A DNA stretch of 64,000 nt from an uncultured virus (IMG/VR IMGVR_UViG_3300024989_000227) (Duplodnaviria; Heunggongvirae; Uroviricota; Caudoviricetes), in the IMG/VR virus record IMGVR_UViG_3300024989_000227; one strand, given 5' to 3'. Positions within the stretch are counted from its first letter, which is position 1, and each line of letters starts with the position of its first letter. The notes beneath the pieces are model-generated. The model saw nothing but the letters and a program-made list of their open reading frames with translations. It was not told where the DNA came from and did not search any database. Positions 45,259-54,976 of the stretch are shown here, piece after piece. The translations under genes and the position numbers were made by a program.

Positions 45259-45551
45259 TGTCAGTCTGGGGCGACTTCGTAAAAACCGCGCGAGCCATCC
45301 TCGACGAGAAAACGCCCGCGGCGGCGAAAGAGCAGCCGCCGGTTTTTGTCCGAACAACCTGGCTCTACGTTGAGATCGATGAGGCGATCGAGCGCGCGAA
45401 AGCGCTGTCGCAGCAGATCAAGGTCGCACGTCTAAGCGCCAACGCGGACGAGGCGAGGCGGCTCACCAACGAGATCATAAACACCGTGACCCAAATCGCA
45501 GAGCTCTGCGACTGGGCCGACCAACAGTTCCAGCGAGAGGCCAGCACATGA
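45255..45551 (+). CDS. Hypothetical protein
   Basis: GGAGG RBS; overlaps neighbours. Confidence 0.55.
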   Translation: MMSVWGDFVKTARAILDEKTPAAAKEQPPVFVRTTWLYVEIDEAIERAKALSQQIKVARLSANADEARRLTNEIINTVTQIAELCDWADQQFQREAST

Positions 45552-46495
45552 TTGAACGTATCGCTATCGACCCATCGAAGGATCGCGCCTCCTGGCTGGC
45601 ACTCCGGCAGCAAGACATTACCGCCAGCGACGTGCCGGCGATTTGTGGTGAAGGCATGTTTGGTTCGGCCACCAAGGTCTGGGCGGAAAAACTTGGCAAG
45701 GTCGGTCCGCAGGAAATGACCGAGGCGATGAAGCGCGGCCTCTGGGGTGAAGCCGCGGTGTTCGAGGCGATCGGCTGGGAATTCCCGGACTGGGAGGTCC
45801 GCCGCGCCAAAGTCTACCTTCGCGATGCTGCTGCAAGGCTCGGCGCCACGCCCGACGGCGCTGCAATTATTCCGGGCCTCGACGGGGTTACCATCATCCA
45901 GACCAAGGTGATCGCGCGCCCGGTGTTCAACGCTTATTGGTTATCCGATCCCGAGGATGAGAATAGCCAGGTGGTTGCTCCCTTGGGTTATCAACTCCAG
46001 ACATTGACCGAGGCTATGCTGGCCGACGCGGCGCGCGCCATGATCGTCGCGCTGGTGGTCGACACGTTCAAATGGGAGCTGAAGGTCGTCCCACTTGATC
46101 GCAACGCGGCTGCCGAGGCTGTGATCCGCGAACGCGTCGCTTCGTTCTGCAAAAACTATCTCGACACCGGCGTGCAGCCGCCAATCGATCCGGATCGCGA
46201 CGAGCAGATCGTCAAGCTTTTGTTCCCGCAGGACAACGGCATCGAGATCGACCTGTCGCACGACAACGAAATCCCCGGATTCGTCGATCTGCTCGAGTCC
46301 GCTCGCGCGGCGAAGAAAGACGCGTCCGCCCAGGAGGATGTCGCGAAGACCGCCATCGCCGGGAAAATGGGAGAAGCCGCGATCGCGCGGCTGTCGGACG
46401 GTCGCCGCGTGTCTCACAAGACCCAACACAGAAAAGCATACTCAGTCGCGGAATCCGACTTCCGCGTCATGCGCATATTGAAAGGACGTGGATAA
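45548..46495 (+). CDS. YqaJ / lambda-exonuclease family recombination nuclease
   Basis: WLALRQQDITASD, AMKRG..GE, GATPDG, IQTK and YQLQ motifs. Confidence 0.85.
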   Translation: MIERIAIDPSKDRASWLALRQQDITASDVPAICGEGMFGSATKVWAEKLGKVGPQEMTEAMKRGLWGEAAVFEAIGWEFPDWEVRRAKVYLRDAAARLGATPDGAAIIPGLDGVTIIQTKVIARPVFNAYWLSDPEDENSQVVAPLGYQLQTLTEAMLADAARAMIVALVVDTFKWELKVVPLDRNAAAEAVIRERVASFCKNYLDTGVQPPIDPDRDEQIVKLLFPQDNGIEIDLSHDNEIPGFVDLLESARAAKKDASAQEDVAKTAIAGKMGEAAIARLSDGRRVSHKTQHRKAYSVAESDFRVMRILKGRG

Positions 46496-47265
46496 TGGCT
46501 ACCGCCGCAGCTCGAGACATTTCGAAGGACGACAACATTCGTCCGCTGCTGACGCCCGATCAGCTCAGGGACGAGTACAAGCATATCGATGAGGCCATCG
46601 CGAAGCTCGAGGCCGAAGCATCCGAGATACCGAACGTGATCGAGGATGACGAGGATCTAGCGGCCTCGACCAAAATCGTCGTCGATCTGACGAAGTACAG
46701 CCGACGTTGCGGCACGATCAACTTAGAAGCCAGCAAGCCCTACCGAGACGCAACTGATCTCATCAACGATTACTTCAAGCGCGGGTACATCGCCCGGTTG
46801 ACGGCGGCAAAGGGTCGCCTGGAGAATGGCAACACGGTCTATCTGAGAGCGAAGGCCCGACGAGAACAGGAGCGGCGTGATGCTGAGGCTGCGGAAGCCA
46901 AGCGTCTCGCCGACGAAGCTGCGGCGAAAGCTGCGGAGGCGGTCAAGGCCGGCGACGTGAAGGCGGCAACTGCTGCGGTGACGCAATCCAATACCTTGAG
47001 CGACTTCGCCGCGCGAGCGGAATCAAAGGCGTCCGCCACGACCTCGTCCATGGCGACGACGCGTACCGAGGGCGGCACCGCCAGCCTCGTCGACCACTGG
47101 ACATTCGAGGACCTCGATACAAACCACATCGATCTCGAAGCCTTGCGCCCGTTTTTTACCCAAAGCGCGATCGAGCAAGCGCTGCGCGCCTTCATCAAGG
47201 CTGGGCGTCGAGAGATCGCCGGCGCCCGGATTTTTAACGATAGCAGGGCGCGGACCCGCGCCTAG
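46495..47265 (+). CDS. Coiled-coil recombination-module protein
   Basis: Lies between exonuclease and SSAP; C-terminal REIAGARIF motif. Confidence 0.6.
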   Translation: MATAAARDISKDDNIRPLLTPDQLRDEYKHIDEAIAKLEAEASEIPNVIEDDEDLAASTKIVVDLTKYSRRCGTINLEASKPYRDATDLINDYFKRGYIARLTAAKGRLENGNTVYLRAKARREQERRDAEAAEAKRLADEAAAKAAEAVKAGDVKAATAAVTQSNTLSDFAARAESKASATTSSMATTRTEGGTASLVDHWTFEDLDTNHIDLEALRPFFTQSAIEQALRAFIKAGRREIAGARIFNDSRARTRA

Positions 47266-47280
47266 AACAGGAGAATTTTC

Positions 47281-48555
47281 ATGAGCAACGTTGATACCGA
47301 CGAACGTGCCGGCAAGCGCAACGCGCTGGATGAGTTCGCGGCCAGCACGCAGCAGGTTGTTGCAGCTCCGTCTGTACAGCCTCTGGCTTCGCCTGGCGAC
47401 CGCGTATTCGGCGCGCAGCAGGTTGCGGTCTACCGCGATGAGGCTCGCATCCTGCAGAAGCTAGCGGCACTCGGCGCTGCCGCCGGAGACGACTGGTTCT
47501 ATCGTTTTCCGGTCAGGAACAAGAACGGCCAGAAGGATTTCATCGAAGGAGCCTCGATCAAACTGGCGAACGACGTGGCGCGGATCTACGGCAACTGCGA
47601 GGTCGACACCCGTGTCATCGATTTAGGGCCGAGCTGGCTGATCTACGCGCGGTTCACCGACTTCGAGAGCGGCTATGCGCTAACTCGCCCGTTCCAGCAG
47701 AACAAGAACGCTTCAAAAATGGGTGGCAGCGACAACGACCGTCGTCTCGACATCGCGTTTCAAATCGGTGTGTCCAAGGCCATCCGGAACGTCGTCGTAA
47801 ACGCGCTGCAGACCTTTTCCGACTTTGCCTTTGAGGCCGCGCGCAATTCGCTGATCGACAAGATCGGGAAGGACGTGAAGAGATGGCAGGAAAAAACCCT
47901 GCAGGGCCTCGCCAACCACAACGTCGATCCGCAGCGCGTCGAGTTCGTCATTGGCCGCGCGGCGAAAGACTGGACCGCGCCAGACCTGGCAAAAATCATC
48001 GCTATGATGAAGGCAATCGGCGATGGGATGACGACGGTCGATGAGACGTTTCCGCCGAAAGAAAAACAGGTAGGCGGCGACGTCGACGCCGAGACCGGTG
48101 AAGTCTCCGAACATTCAAATTCCACCGCTCTGGTAGAAACTGAAAGCTCCACCGGTGCGGCGGGGGCAGGGCCGTCTGATCCTAACCAGGGTCCTGACGC
48201 AGGCGGCCCTGCCGAAAGTAGAGCAGCTTCGACGCAGCCGTCCGCGAGTACGGGTCCCGCTGCGTCAGGCCAGGCCGCTTCTGAGTCCGAAACCTCTCCC
48301 AGGAAGAAAGGCACGGAAGCGGCCAAGGCGCCTGCTGCCGACAAGACCGGCGCAGTCCCGACGAACGAAGCGGAGTATATCGCGGCGACATCGGCATGGA
48401 TCGAGACGCTCGATGATGCCGACGAAGGCGAGAAGCGGTGGAAGGCCGAGAAATCTCTCCGCAACAAAGCCAATGTCGGGTCCGATGCGCGCGAGGACCT
48501 GCAACACAGGCTGTCACAGAAGTGCGCCGAGATCAGGGACGCTGATCGGTCATGA
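47281..48555 (+). CDS. Putative single-strand annealing protein (recombinase)
   Basis: IEGASIKLA..ARIYGN and SKAIRNVV motifs; VDAETGEV low-complexity tail; AGGAG RBS. Confidence 0.65.
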   Translation: MSNVDTDERAGKRNALDEFAASTQQVVAAPSVQPLASPGDRVFGAQQVAVYRDEARILQKLAALGAAAGDDWFYRFPVRNKNGQKDFIEGASIKLANDVARIYGNCEVDTRVIDLGPSWLIYARFTDFESGYALTRPFQQNKNASKMGGSDNDRRLDIAFQIGVSKAIRNVVVNALQTFSDFAFEAARNSLIDKIGKDVKRWQEKTLQGLANHNVDPQRVEFVIGRAAKDWTAPDLAKIIAMMKAIGDGMTTVDETFPPKEKQVGGDVDAETGEVSEHSNSTALVETESSTGAAGAGPSDPNQGPDAGGPAESRAASTQPSASTGPAASGQAASESETSPRKKGTEAAKAPAADKTGAVPTNEAEYIAATSAWIETLDDADEGEKRWKAEKSLRNKANVGSDAREDLQHRLSQKCAEIRDADRS

Positions 48556-48953
48556 CGTCGGCTTCGGAACGCACGGCAGCCGCGCGCCACGGTCTCAAGA
48601 TGGCGGACAGCGCGATCCAGTCTCGCCTCAAGGCGATGGACCGGCTTGGCCTGGATTATGTCTACGACGGTGAGTTCACCGCCGTCGTGGACGGTGCCTT
48701 TGAATACAACCTTGCCGCTGCGACTTGGTGCGAGTTCGACGTCGAAGGTGATCGCCAGCATGGTTACACGCTGATCGGGCTGCATCAGGCGGTCGAGCGC
48801 CGCCATGTCCGGCTTCAAGAAATGTCAGCCGAGGCCAGGGACAGCGCGGGGATCGCACCGTCTTTGAACTCAACGGGTATCGATCCTGACACCCGCGCCG
48901 AGGTCTCGGCTGGCGTTCCCTCGTCAAGCCTCCTTCCGGAGGTAGCGCTGTGA
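48552..48953 (+). CDS. Hypothetical protein
   Basis: ATGA overlap. Confidence 0.55.
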   Translation: MTSASERTAAARHGLKMADSAIQSRLKAMDRLGLDYVYDGEFTAVVDGAFEYNLAAATWCEFDVEGDRQHGYTLIGLHQAVERRHVRLQEMSAEARDSAGIAPSLNSTGIDPDTRAEVSAGVPSSSLLPEVAL

Positions 48954-49201
48954 TAGACCAGCGGTGCGATTGTCTCGAATGCCGAGTCCGAGCTGCCTTG
49001 AGCGGCGGCGAACCTACCGCACCGTTCGAAGTCGACATCAACGATGCGGCCAAGGCGCTCGGCAATATTCTGGGCGAGCTTCTGGCTCATCATTCCAGCA
49101 AGGCGGCGAAGCGCTTTGCTGCCGCACTTCTCGAAAACCGCAAGCATTGGCTCAACCACCCGCGTGTTCTCGCGCAGCAACCTCATAAGGGGACGGCATG
49201 A
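48950..49201 (+). CDS. Hypothetical protein
   Basis: GGAGG RBS; CxCxxC. Confidence 0.55.
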   Translation: MIDQRCDCLECRVRAALSGGEPTAPFEVDINDAAKALGNILGELLAHHSSKAAKRFAAALLENRKHWLNHPRVLAQQPHKGTA

Positions 49202-49479
49202 CATTCGTGTCCGAGAAGGAGGCCGGCAGGATGTGGTGTCCCCACGCGCGCATCATCCGCAACGAATTCAACGGTGCAACAGCCGATTATTTCCCGGTCG
49301 GCTCGGCAAATCGCGACGCGCTAGGCCAATCACCCAATCCGATAGGGTCGTGTCGGTGCATCGCTTCAGCCTGTATGGCGTGGCGTTGGGAATCCTATCG
49401 GCGCCCCGATGATCGATCCGCCACGGAGCGACGGGGCTACTGCGGAGCCTTCGGAATTCCGATGGAGTCGATCGTATGA
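49198..49479 (+). CDS. Cys-rich hypothetical protein
   Basis: WCP...CIASACMAWRW...GYCG motif. Confidence 0.65.
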   Translation: MTFVSEKEAGRMWCPHARIIRNEFNGATADYFPVGSANRDALGQSPNPIGSCRCIASACMAWRWESYRRPDDRSATERRGYCGAFGIPMESIV

Positions 49480-49670
49480 ACGGCGATCGTCCCCGCAGCT
49501 TCGTCTGGCTTAGCCAGTTCGGCATTCTGATGCCGCAAATCTGGTTCGACGATCCGCGTCTTGGCTCGGCCACGCCAATTGTCGAGCGCAAGCTCGATCC
49601 TTCCGAGTGTCAACTCACGCTTGATGCTCTCGCCGCGAAGTATCCGGCACAGCAGATTGGGGATTCATAA
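49476..49670 (+). CDS. Hypothetical small protein
   Basis: GGAG RBS; overlaps neighbours. Confidence 0.5.
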   Translation: MNGDRPRSFVWLSQFGILMPQIWFDDPRLGSATPIVERKLDPSECQLTLDALAAKYPAQQIGDS

Positions 49671-50359
49671 TGCTTCTACGCGTCATCGATTTCGAAACTG
49701 ACGGGATGCCTCCAGACGCGCGGCTTTGCGAAGTCGGTTGGTGCGATGTCCGCACTTACGACGATGATCCGGCGGAGATCGGTGACCCGATCGGCGTCCT
49801 GGTCAACCCGAACCGGCCAATGCCGCCGGAAGCCCGGGCGATCCATCATATCAGCGATGCCGATCTTGTCGGCGCGCCGGAGATCGGTGCAGGTCTCATG
49901 AAGCTATCGGCGGGCGAGCCCGATATTTTCGTCGCGCACAACGCTAAGTTTGAGCAGGAATTTTACACTGGCGGCGGCAAGCCGTGGATCTGCACGCTGA
50001 AGGTCGCGCGTCGCATCTGGCCGGAATGCCCGAACCACACCAATCAGTGTCTGCGATATTGGCTCGGCATCGAGCTTGAAGATGCTCTTGCAATGCCCCC
50101 CCACCGGGCAGCGCCGGATGCCTACGTAACGGCCCACATACTTCTGGCGATGATTCAGCATGCCAGCTTCGAGCAGATGATCGAGTGGTCGTCGGCGCCG
50201 TCGCTCTTGCCGCGCGTCACCTTCGGCAAATATCGCGGCCAGGACTGGTCGGCGTTGCCGCCCGACTATTTGAGTTGGCTGGTGAACAAGTCCGACATGG
50301 ACGTCGACACCAAGTTCACGGCGAAGCACCACCTCGATCAACGCCGGCGGGGAGGGTGA
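49670..50359 (+). CDS. DnaQ-like 3'-5' exonuclease (ExoX-like)
   Basis: IDFETDG, VAHNAKFE and HRAAPDA motifs; C-terminal FGKYRG..P.DYL.W. Confidence 0.9.
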   Translation: MLLRVIDFETDGMPPDARLCEVGWCDVRTYDDDPAEIGDPIGVLVNPNRPMPPEARAIHHISDADLVGAPEIGAGLMKLSAGEPDIFVAHNAKFEQEFYTGGGKPWICTLKVARRIWPECPNHTNQCLRYWLGIELEDALAMPPHRAAPDAYVTAHILLAMIQHASFEQMIEWSSAPSLLPRVTFGKYRGQDWSALPPDYLSWLVNKSDMDVDTKFTAKHHLDQRRRGG

Positions 50360-50360
50360 A

Positions 50361-50579
50361 TTGACCGACACTTGGGACGAAATGCTCGCAAGTGAGGATG
50401 CTGCGCTGGTCGACGAGATCAAGTCCGACCTCACTTCGTACGCAGCATACACCACCGCCGGCAACATGGCCGCCGCGATCGTGATCGAGCAAAAATATGG
50501 CCTCTTCGGTTTATCGCCGCAGCAGGTGTCCGAGCAGCTTCGTGAAATGACGCTGCCGATCGAAGGGCAGCAATCATGA
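50361..50579 (+). CDS. Hypothetical protein
   Basis: GGAGGG RBS; TTG start. Confidence 0.5.
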   Translation: MTDTWDEMLASEDAALVDEIKSDLTSYAAYTTAGNMAAAIVIEQKYGLFGLSPQQVSEQLREMTLPIEGQQS

Positions 50580-51085
50580 GGGCAGTAGACCTTACCGGAC
50601 GTTCGATGGGCCGATTGACGGTCGTTCGCCTGGCGGATCGAGGCAGTCGCCCAGCGCGCGTGTGGCTTTGCCAGTGCTCTTGTGGAAACACAAAACGGGT
50701 GACAAGCCAGGAATTGCTTCGTGGTGACACAAAGTCCTGCGGCTGTCTTCGTTATGACACCACGGCGCGCCGCGGCCGCTCCAACGCGAGGCATGGCGAG
50801 GCCCGCACATATAAGGAGACTCCCGAGTATCGCGCTTGGATTGAGATGCGGCGGCGGTGTTCGAACCCGAATTTTGTTGGATATGAATATTACGGTGGTC
50901 GCGGCATAGCAGTTTGCGTTCGTTGGCAGGAAAGTTACGAGAACTTCCTTGCTGACATGGGTCGCAAGCCATCACCCCAGCATTCGATCGACAGATACCC
51001 AAACAACGACGGAAATTATGAGCCCGGCAATTGCCGCTGGGCGACTAGCCGAGAGCAAGCCCAAAATCGGAGGGCTCGCCGGTGA
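50576..51085 (+). CDS. HNH homing endonuclease
   Basis: WLCQCSCG, SCGC, YGGRGI.VC.RW and SIDR..NDGNYEPGNCRWAT..Q..N motifs. Confidence 0.88.
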   Translation: MRAVDLTGRSMGRLTVVRLADRGSRPARVWLCQCSCGNTKRVTSQELLRGDTKSCGCLRYDTTARRGRSNARHGEARTYKETPEYRAWIEMRRRCSNPNFVGYEYYGGRGIAVCVRWQESYENFLADMGRKPSPQHSIDRYPNNDGNYEPGNCRWATSREQAQNRRARR

Positions 51086-52842
51086 AGAAACCATCATCGT
51101 TCAAGCTCGGAAAGCTTGACATACAATCTGTAGAGTACGCCAGCCAGGGCAATGCCGTTCTCGGCATTCGGGATTCGGGAAAGACCTACACCGCGACCTA
51201 TCTGGCCGAACGCCTTTTTGAGGCCGGCATCCCGTTCATTGCGTTTGATCCGATCGGAGTGTGGCGCTTCCTGCGGGTTCCCGGCAAAGGTCGCGGCTAT
51301 CCAGTTGTTGTAGCCGGCGGCGAAGATGGCGATCTGCCCCTCACCGTCGAAGGCGCACCTGAGATTGTTCGTTCGGCCATGAGTAGCGGCGTCTCGCTGG
51401 TGATCGACCTGTTCGATATCAACCTGAGCAAAGCTGACTGGCGGCGGATCGTGCTGGCCTGCGTCAATGTGCTACTGCATGAAAACAAGCGGTATGGTCT
51501 GCGGCACGTATTTCTTGAGGAAGCAGCCGAGTTCGTCCCGCAGAAGGTGATCGATGGCCATGTCTATGCCGCAGTCGAGAAGTTGGCGCGCATGGGCGGT
51601 AACTCGCGACTTGGTTACACGCTGATCAACCAACGCTCGCAGGAAGTTGCCAAAGCGATCCTCGAGTTGTGCGAGAATGTCTTCTTGCACCGGCAGCGCG
51701 GCAAAAACGCGTTGGAAAACCTGGACAAGTGGCTTTCCGTCGCAGGTGCGTCTGAGCAGAAAGCCATTTTGCAATCGCTTCCCAGTCTACCGCAGGGTCA
51801 GTGCTGGGCCTGGCTTGGCGGCGACACGCCTACGCCGCCGACCTTGGTCAAAGTTCCAGCGAAAAATTCTCTTCATCCTGACCGTCGCGTGATGCACGGC
51901 GACGACGGCGTGAAGCCGACCGGCGCCGTCGATGTCACTTCGTTCGTCAATGCGATGCGTTCGACGCTGGTTAAAGTCGAGGAGGAACGCAAGGCCAACG
52001 ATCCCAAGGCGCTCAAGGGAGAGGTTGCACGTCTCACGGCGAAATTGAAGAAGGCGTCGACGCCGATCCAGCAGCTCATCGATCCGATGTCCGTCACTAT
52101 CGCCGAACAGCGCGGCTTCGCTGCTGGCTTCAAGGAAGCTCATGCCCAGGGCGGCGCGCAATTCCGAGATTTAATCAAGGAAGCATCCGACCTGGTCGAT
52201 CAATTCGGCCGCGACTTCAGCGCCGCATTCGGTGGTCGCATGCTGACGCTGAATCTCGGAAATGAATATTCGACCGTCTCGGTCGCGCCCCGCCGGCCGT
52301 TGCGCGTCGAGCAGACGCGCTCCGTCGCTCCGCCGATTGCGCGCGCGGCACCGCCGGCGGCAAGCGACGACGCCTCTCTGACAAATCCGCAGCGGCAGCT
52401 GCTGCAGGCGCTCGCGTGGTGGCAACATATGGGCCACGACAAGCCTTCGCGAACGCAGGTCGCCGCGATTGCCGGATGGAAACCCAAGGGCAGCAACCTT
52501 CGCAACCGGCTCACAGAACTGTCGTCGCTCGGCCTGGTCACCTATCCGCAAGCCGGCACAGTATCTCTCACCGATGCTGGCGTCAGCGCCGCACCGTCGC
52601 CCGACACCAGCAAGACCTTGATCGACAGCATCCGCGCCGTTCTGACCAACCCGCAGTTGCAACTGTTCGATGCTCTCTTAGATATCGGCGCCGAGATAGA
52701 GCGAACGGTTCTCGCTGGGCGCGTAGGTTGGGAGGCGACTGGCAGCAATCTGCGGAACCGCCTGACCGAACTCAGCCAGCTCGAGATCGTCGAATATCCG
52801 CAGCGCGGCACCGTCATGCTGCAAGGGTGGGTGGTGTCATGA
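51082..52842 (+). CDS. HerA/DUF87 family ATPase with two C-terminal winged-helix repeats
   Basis: GIRDSGKT Walker A; FDPIG; FLEEA Walker B; INQR; duplicated LTNPQ...GSNLRNRLTELS..YP..GTV. Confidence 0.85.
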   Translation: MKKPSSFKLGKLDIQSVEYASQGNAVLGIRDSGKTYTATYLAERLFEAGIPFIAFDPIGVWRFLRVPGKGRGYPVVVAGGEDGDLPLTVEGAPEIVRSAMSSGVSLVIDLFDINLSKADWRRIVLACVNVLLHENKRYGLRHVFLEEAAEFVPQKVIDGHVYAAVEKLARMGGNSRLGYTLINQRSQEVAKAILELCENVFLHRQRGKNALENLDKWLSVAGASEQKAILQSLPSLPQGQCWAWLGGDTPTPPTLVKVPAKNSLHPDRRVMHGDDGVKPTGAVDVTSFVNAMRSTLVKVEEERKANDPKALKGEVARLTAKLKKASTPIQQLIDPMSVTIAEQRGFAAGFKEAHAQGGAQFRDLIKEASDLVDQFGRDFSAAFGGRMLTLNLGNEYSTVSVAPRRPLRVEQTRSVAPPIARAAPPAASDDASLTNPQRQLLQALAWWQHMGHDKPSRTQVAAIAGWKPKGSNLRNRLTELSSLGLVTYPQAGTVSLTDAGVSAAPSPDTSKTLIDSIRAVLTNPQLQLFDALLDIGAEIERTVLAGRVGWEATGSNLRNRLTELSQLEIVEYPQRGTVMLQGWVVS

Positions 52843-54677
52843 CTGCGCTCGACACCAAGATGGCGGAAGCGCTGCGAACATCCGGCCGCGGGTTCGGACC
52901 CGGAGGATCAGGAGCGCCGCCGGCACCGGTCACCCCGCCGAAGCTGGTGCCACGTACAATCCGCGAAAGCGACATTCTTCTCGGTCACGCCAGCAACGGC
53001 GACCAGATCGGCATCGATCTCGGGAGGCTCGTCGAAGGACGACTTCTGATCCAGGGAAACAGCGGCGCGGGCAAGTCGATGCTGCTGCGCCGACTCTTCG
53101 AACAGGCGTGGGGAAGAATTCAGCAGGTCCTCATTGATGTCGACGGCGAGTTCTCGACCATCGCTGAAAAGTTCGACATTGCCGTTGTCGACGCCGCCGA
53201 GATGAAGAGGGTGGGTGGCGCTGCACTCGGCTCGCACCTGCGTCAGCATCGCTATAGCGCCATCCTCGATCTATCCGACGCCACAGCAGAGGATCGCTTC
53301 ATCATCACAGCGGATCTCGTCACGGCGCTCGTCGATGCCGGCAGCGATTTGTGGCACCCGATGCTGTTGCTGATCGACGAGGTCCAGTCTCTCGCACCGC
53401 GCTACGATCCGGGCGACGTTGAAGCCGAGATTAGGAAGCGCACCATTCGGGCCATGGCCGACGCCATGACGCGCGGCCGCAAGCGCGGCATCGCCGGCGT
53501 GGTCGCGACGAGCCGGATAGCCGAGACGTCCACACCAGTTATCGCCAAACCTACCAACATCATCGTCGGCCGGACCATCTTCGATCGAGACCTGGAGCGC
53601 GCCGGCGATGTGCTCGGCTTCACGGCTGGCCACAGCCGGGCGCTCCGGACCTTGTCCGATGGCGAGTTCATCGGGATTGGTCCGGCATTCAACGCGCCTG
53701 GTCGATCGAGGTTCAAGGCCGGCGGCGTCGAGACCAGACACAAGGGCGAGACTCCGAAGATCGAAGCGCCGCCGACGATTGCTGCGTCCGACGCCATCGC
53801 GCTGCTCGGCAAAGTGCAGACGGACGAGCAGGCGACATCGACCACGATGGTCGTCCGTACCGCAAAGGCTGGGAAACGCGGGATCGATTGGGCGCAGGAA
53901 CACGACAAGATCATCCGCGACGGGTATGCGGCCGGGAAGCCGTTAGCTGACATCGGCAATGACCTCGCCGCCGCCGGCCTGCAGGTGTCGACGAGTGGCA
54001 TCTCTACCCGCGCGCATGCGCTGGGCCTCATCAGCCAGAAGGCTATCTTGGGCTGGCAGCGAGAAGAGGACGAGATTCTTCAGGACGGCTATCTGAAGGA
54101 GCTGAAAATCAACGAGATCGTCACGCGACTTGCGGAGAGCGGCTTCAGCCGCGGGCGTGTCGCGGTTCAGATGCGCGCGATTGCGCTCGGCATCACCCGC
54201 GACCGCGTCAACTATTGGACGAAGGATGAGTCCGACATTGCCCTGAAGGGGCTCGAAGAAGGCAAGTCCACGCGCGAGATCATCCTCGACCTCAAAGCCG
54301 CCGGCTTTGAGCGCGGCGTCACCAGCATAACGAAGTACGCCCAGCGGCATGGTATCAGTCGAAACAGCGCCGTTCCGTGGACCGCCGACGATATCGCGAC
54401 GCTGACGACTATGTACAACGCCAACAGGTCGATCGCCGAAATCATGCAGGCGCTCGATCGTTCGCGTGGCTCGATCCAGTCGATGGCCAGCCAACTCGGT
54501 CTAAAGCAGCGTTTGCCGTGGACCTCCGACGAGAAGGATGTCCTTCGTAAGGCGCAGGCTGACGGCCTCAAGCTCGTCGACGTGCCGGCTCTGTTGCCCG
54601 GTCGCACATATGCAACGGTTGCCCGAATGGCCGGGCAGCTTCGGTTGGATTTCCTGCGAAAGGGTCAGACGAAATGA
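52839..54677 (+). CDS. HerA/DUF87 family ATPase with five C-terminal Myb/GcrA-N-like repeats
   Basis: GNSGAGKS Walker A; IDVDGEF; LIDEV Walker B; RGRKRG; ATSR; five W-x-x-E/D...LGL/I repeats; start ATG 52839. Confidence 0.85.
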   Translation: MTALDTKMAEALRTSGRGFGPGGSGAPPAPVTPPKLVPRTIRESDILLGHASNGDQIGIDLGRLVEGRLLIQGNSGAGKSMLLRRLFEQAWGRIQQVLIDVDGEFSTIAEKFDIAVVDAAEMKRVGGAALGSHLRQHRYSAILDLSDATAEDRFIITADLVTALVDAGSDLWHPMLLLIDEVQSLAPRYDPGDVEAEIRKRTIRAMADAMTRGRKRGIAGVVATSRIAETSTPVIAKPTNIIVGRTIFDRDLERAGDVLGFTAGHSRALRTLSDGEFIGIGPAFNAPGRSRFKAGGVETRHKGETPKIEAPPTIAASDAIALLGKVQTDEQATSTTMVVRTAKAGKRGIDWAQEHDKIIRDGYAAGKPLADIGNDLAAAGLQVSTSGISTRAHALGLISQKAILGWQREEDEILQDGYLKELKINEIVTRLAESGFSRGRVAVQMRAIALGITRDRVNYWTKDESDIALKGLEEGKSTREIILDLKAAGFERGVTSITKYAQRHGISRNSAVPWTADDIATLTTMYNANRSIAEIMQALDRSRGSIQSMASQLGLKQRLPWTSDEKDVLRKAQADGLKLVDVPALLPGRTYATVARMAGQLRLDFLRKGQTK

Positions 54678-54976
54678 CCCGCGAACGCCGCATCCTCCCA
54701 TACATCGAACGATATCTCGGCCCGGTCGCGATCGCGCAATTCATCGACGTAGGCTGGTTCACGTTCTGGCCGATCGGCATCACCAAGGCTGGCCAGAAGG
54801 CGTTTCGTATTGGTTTTGGCTTCTGGGATGGCAACCGCCAGGCGTTACCGATCGCGTGCACGGAGATCGTCCGCGAGATCGGGTACCCCTATCCGAACTG
54901 GCCCGGGCGTCTGCAACGCCTGCCGAAAAAATCCAGACCCGACGATGGTGGCGATGACAATGAGGATGACGAATGA
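54674..54976 (+). CDS. Hypothetical protein
   Basis: ATGA overlaps on both sides. Confidence 0.55.
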   Translation: MTRERRILPYIERYLGPVAIAQFIDVGWFTFWPIGITKAGQKAFRIGFGFWDGNRQALPIACTEIVREIGYPYPNWPGRLQRLPKKSRPDDGGDDNEDDE

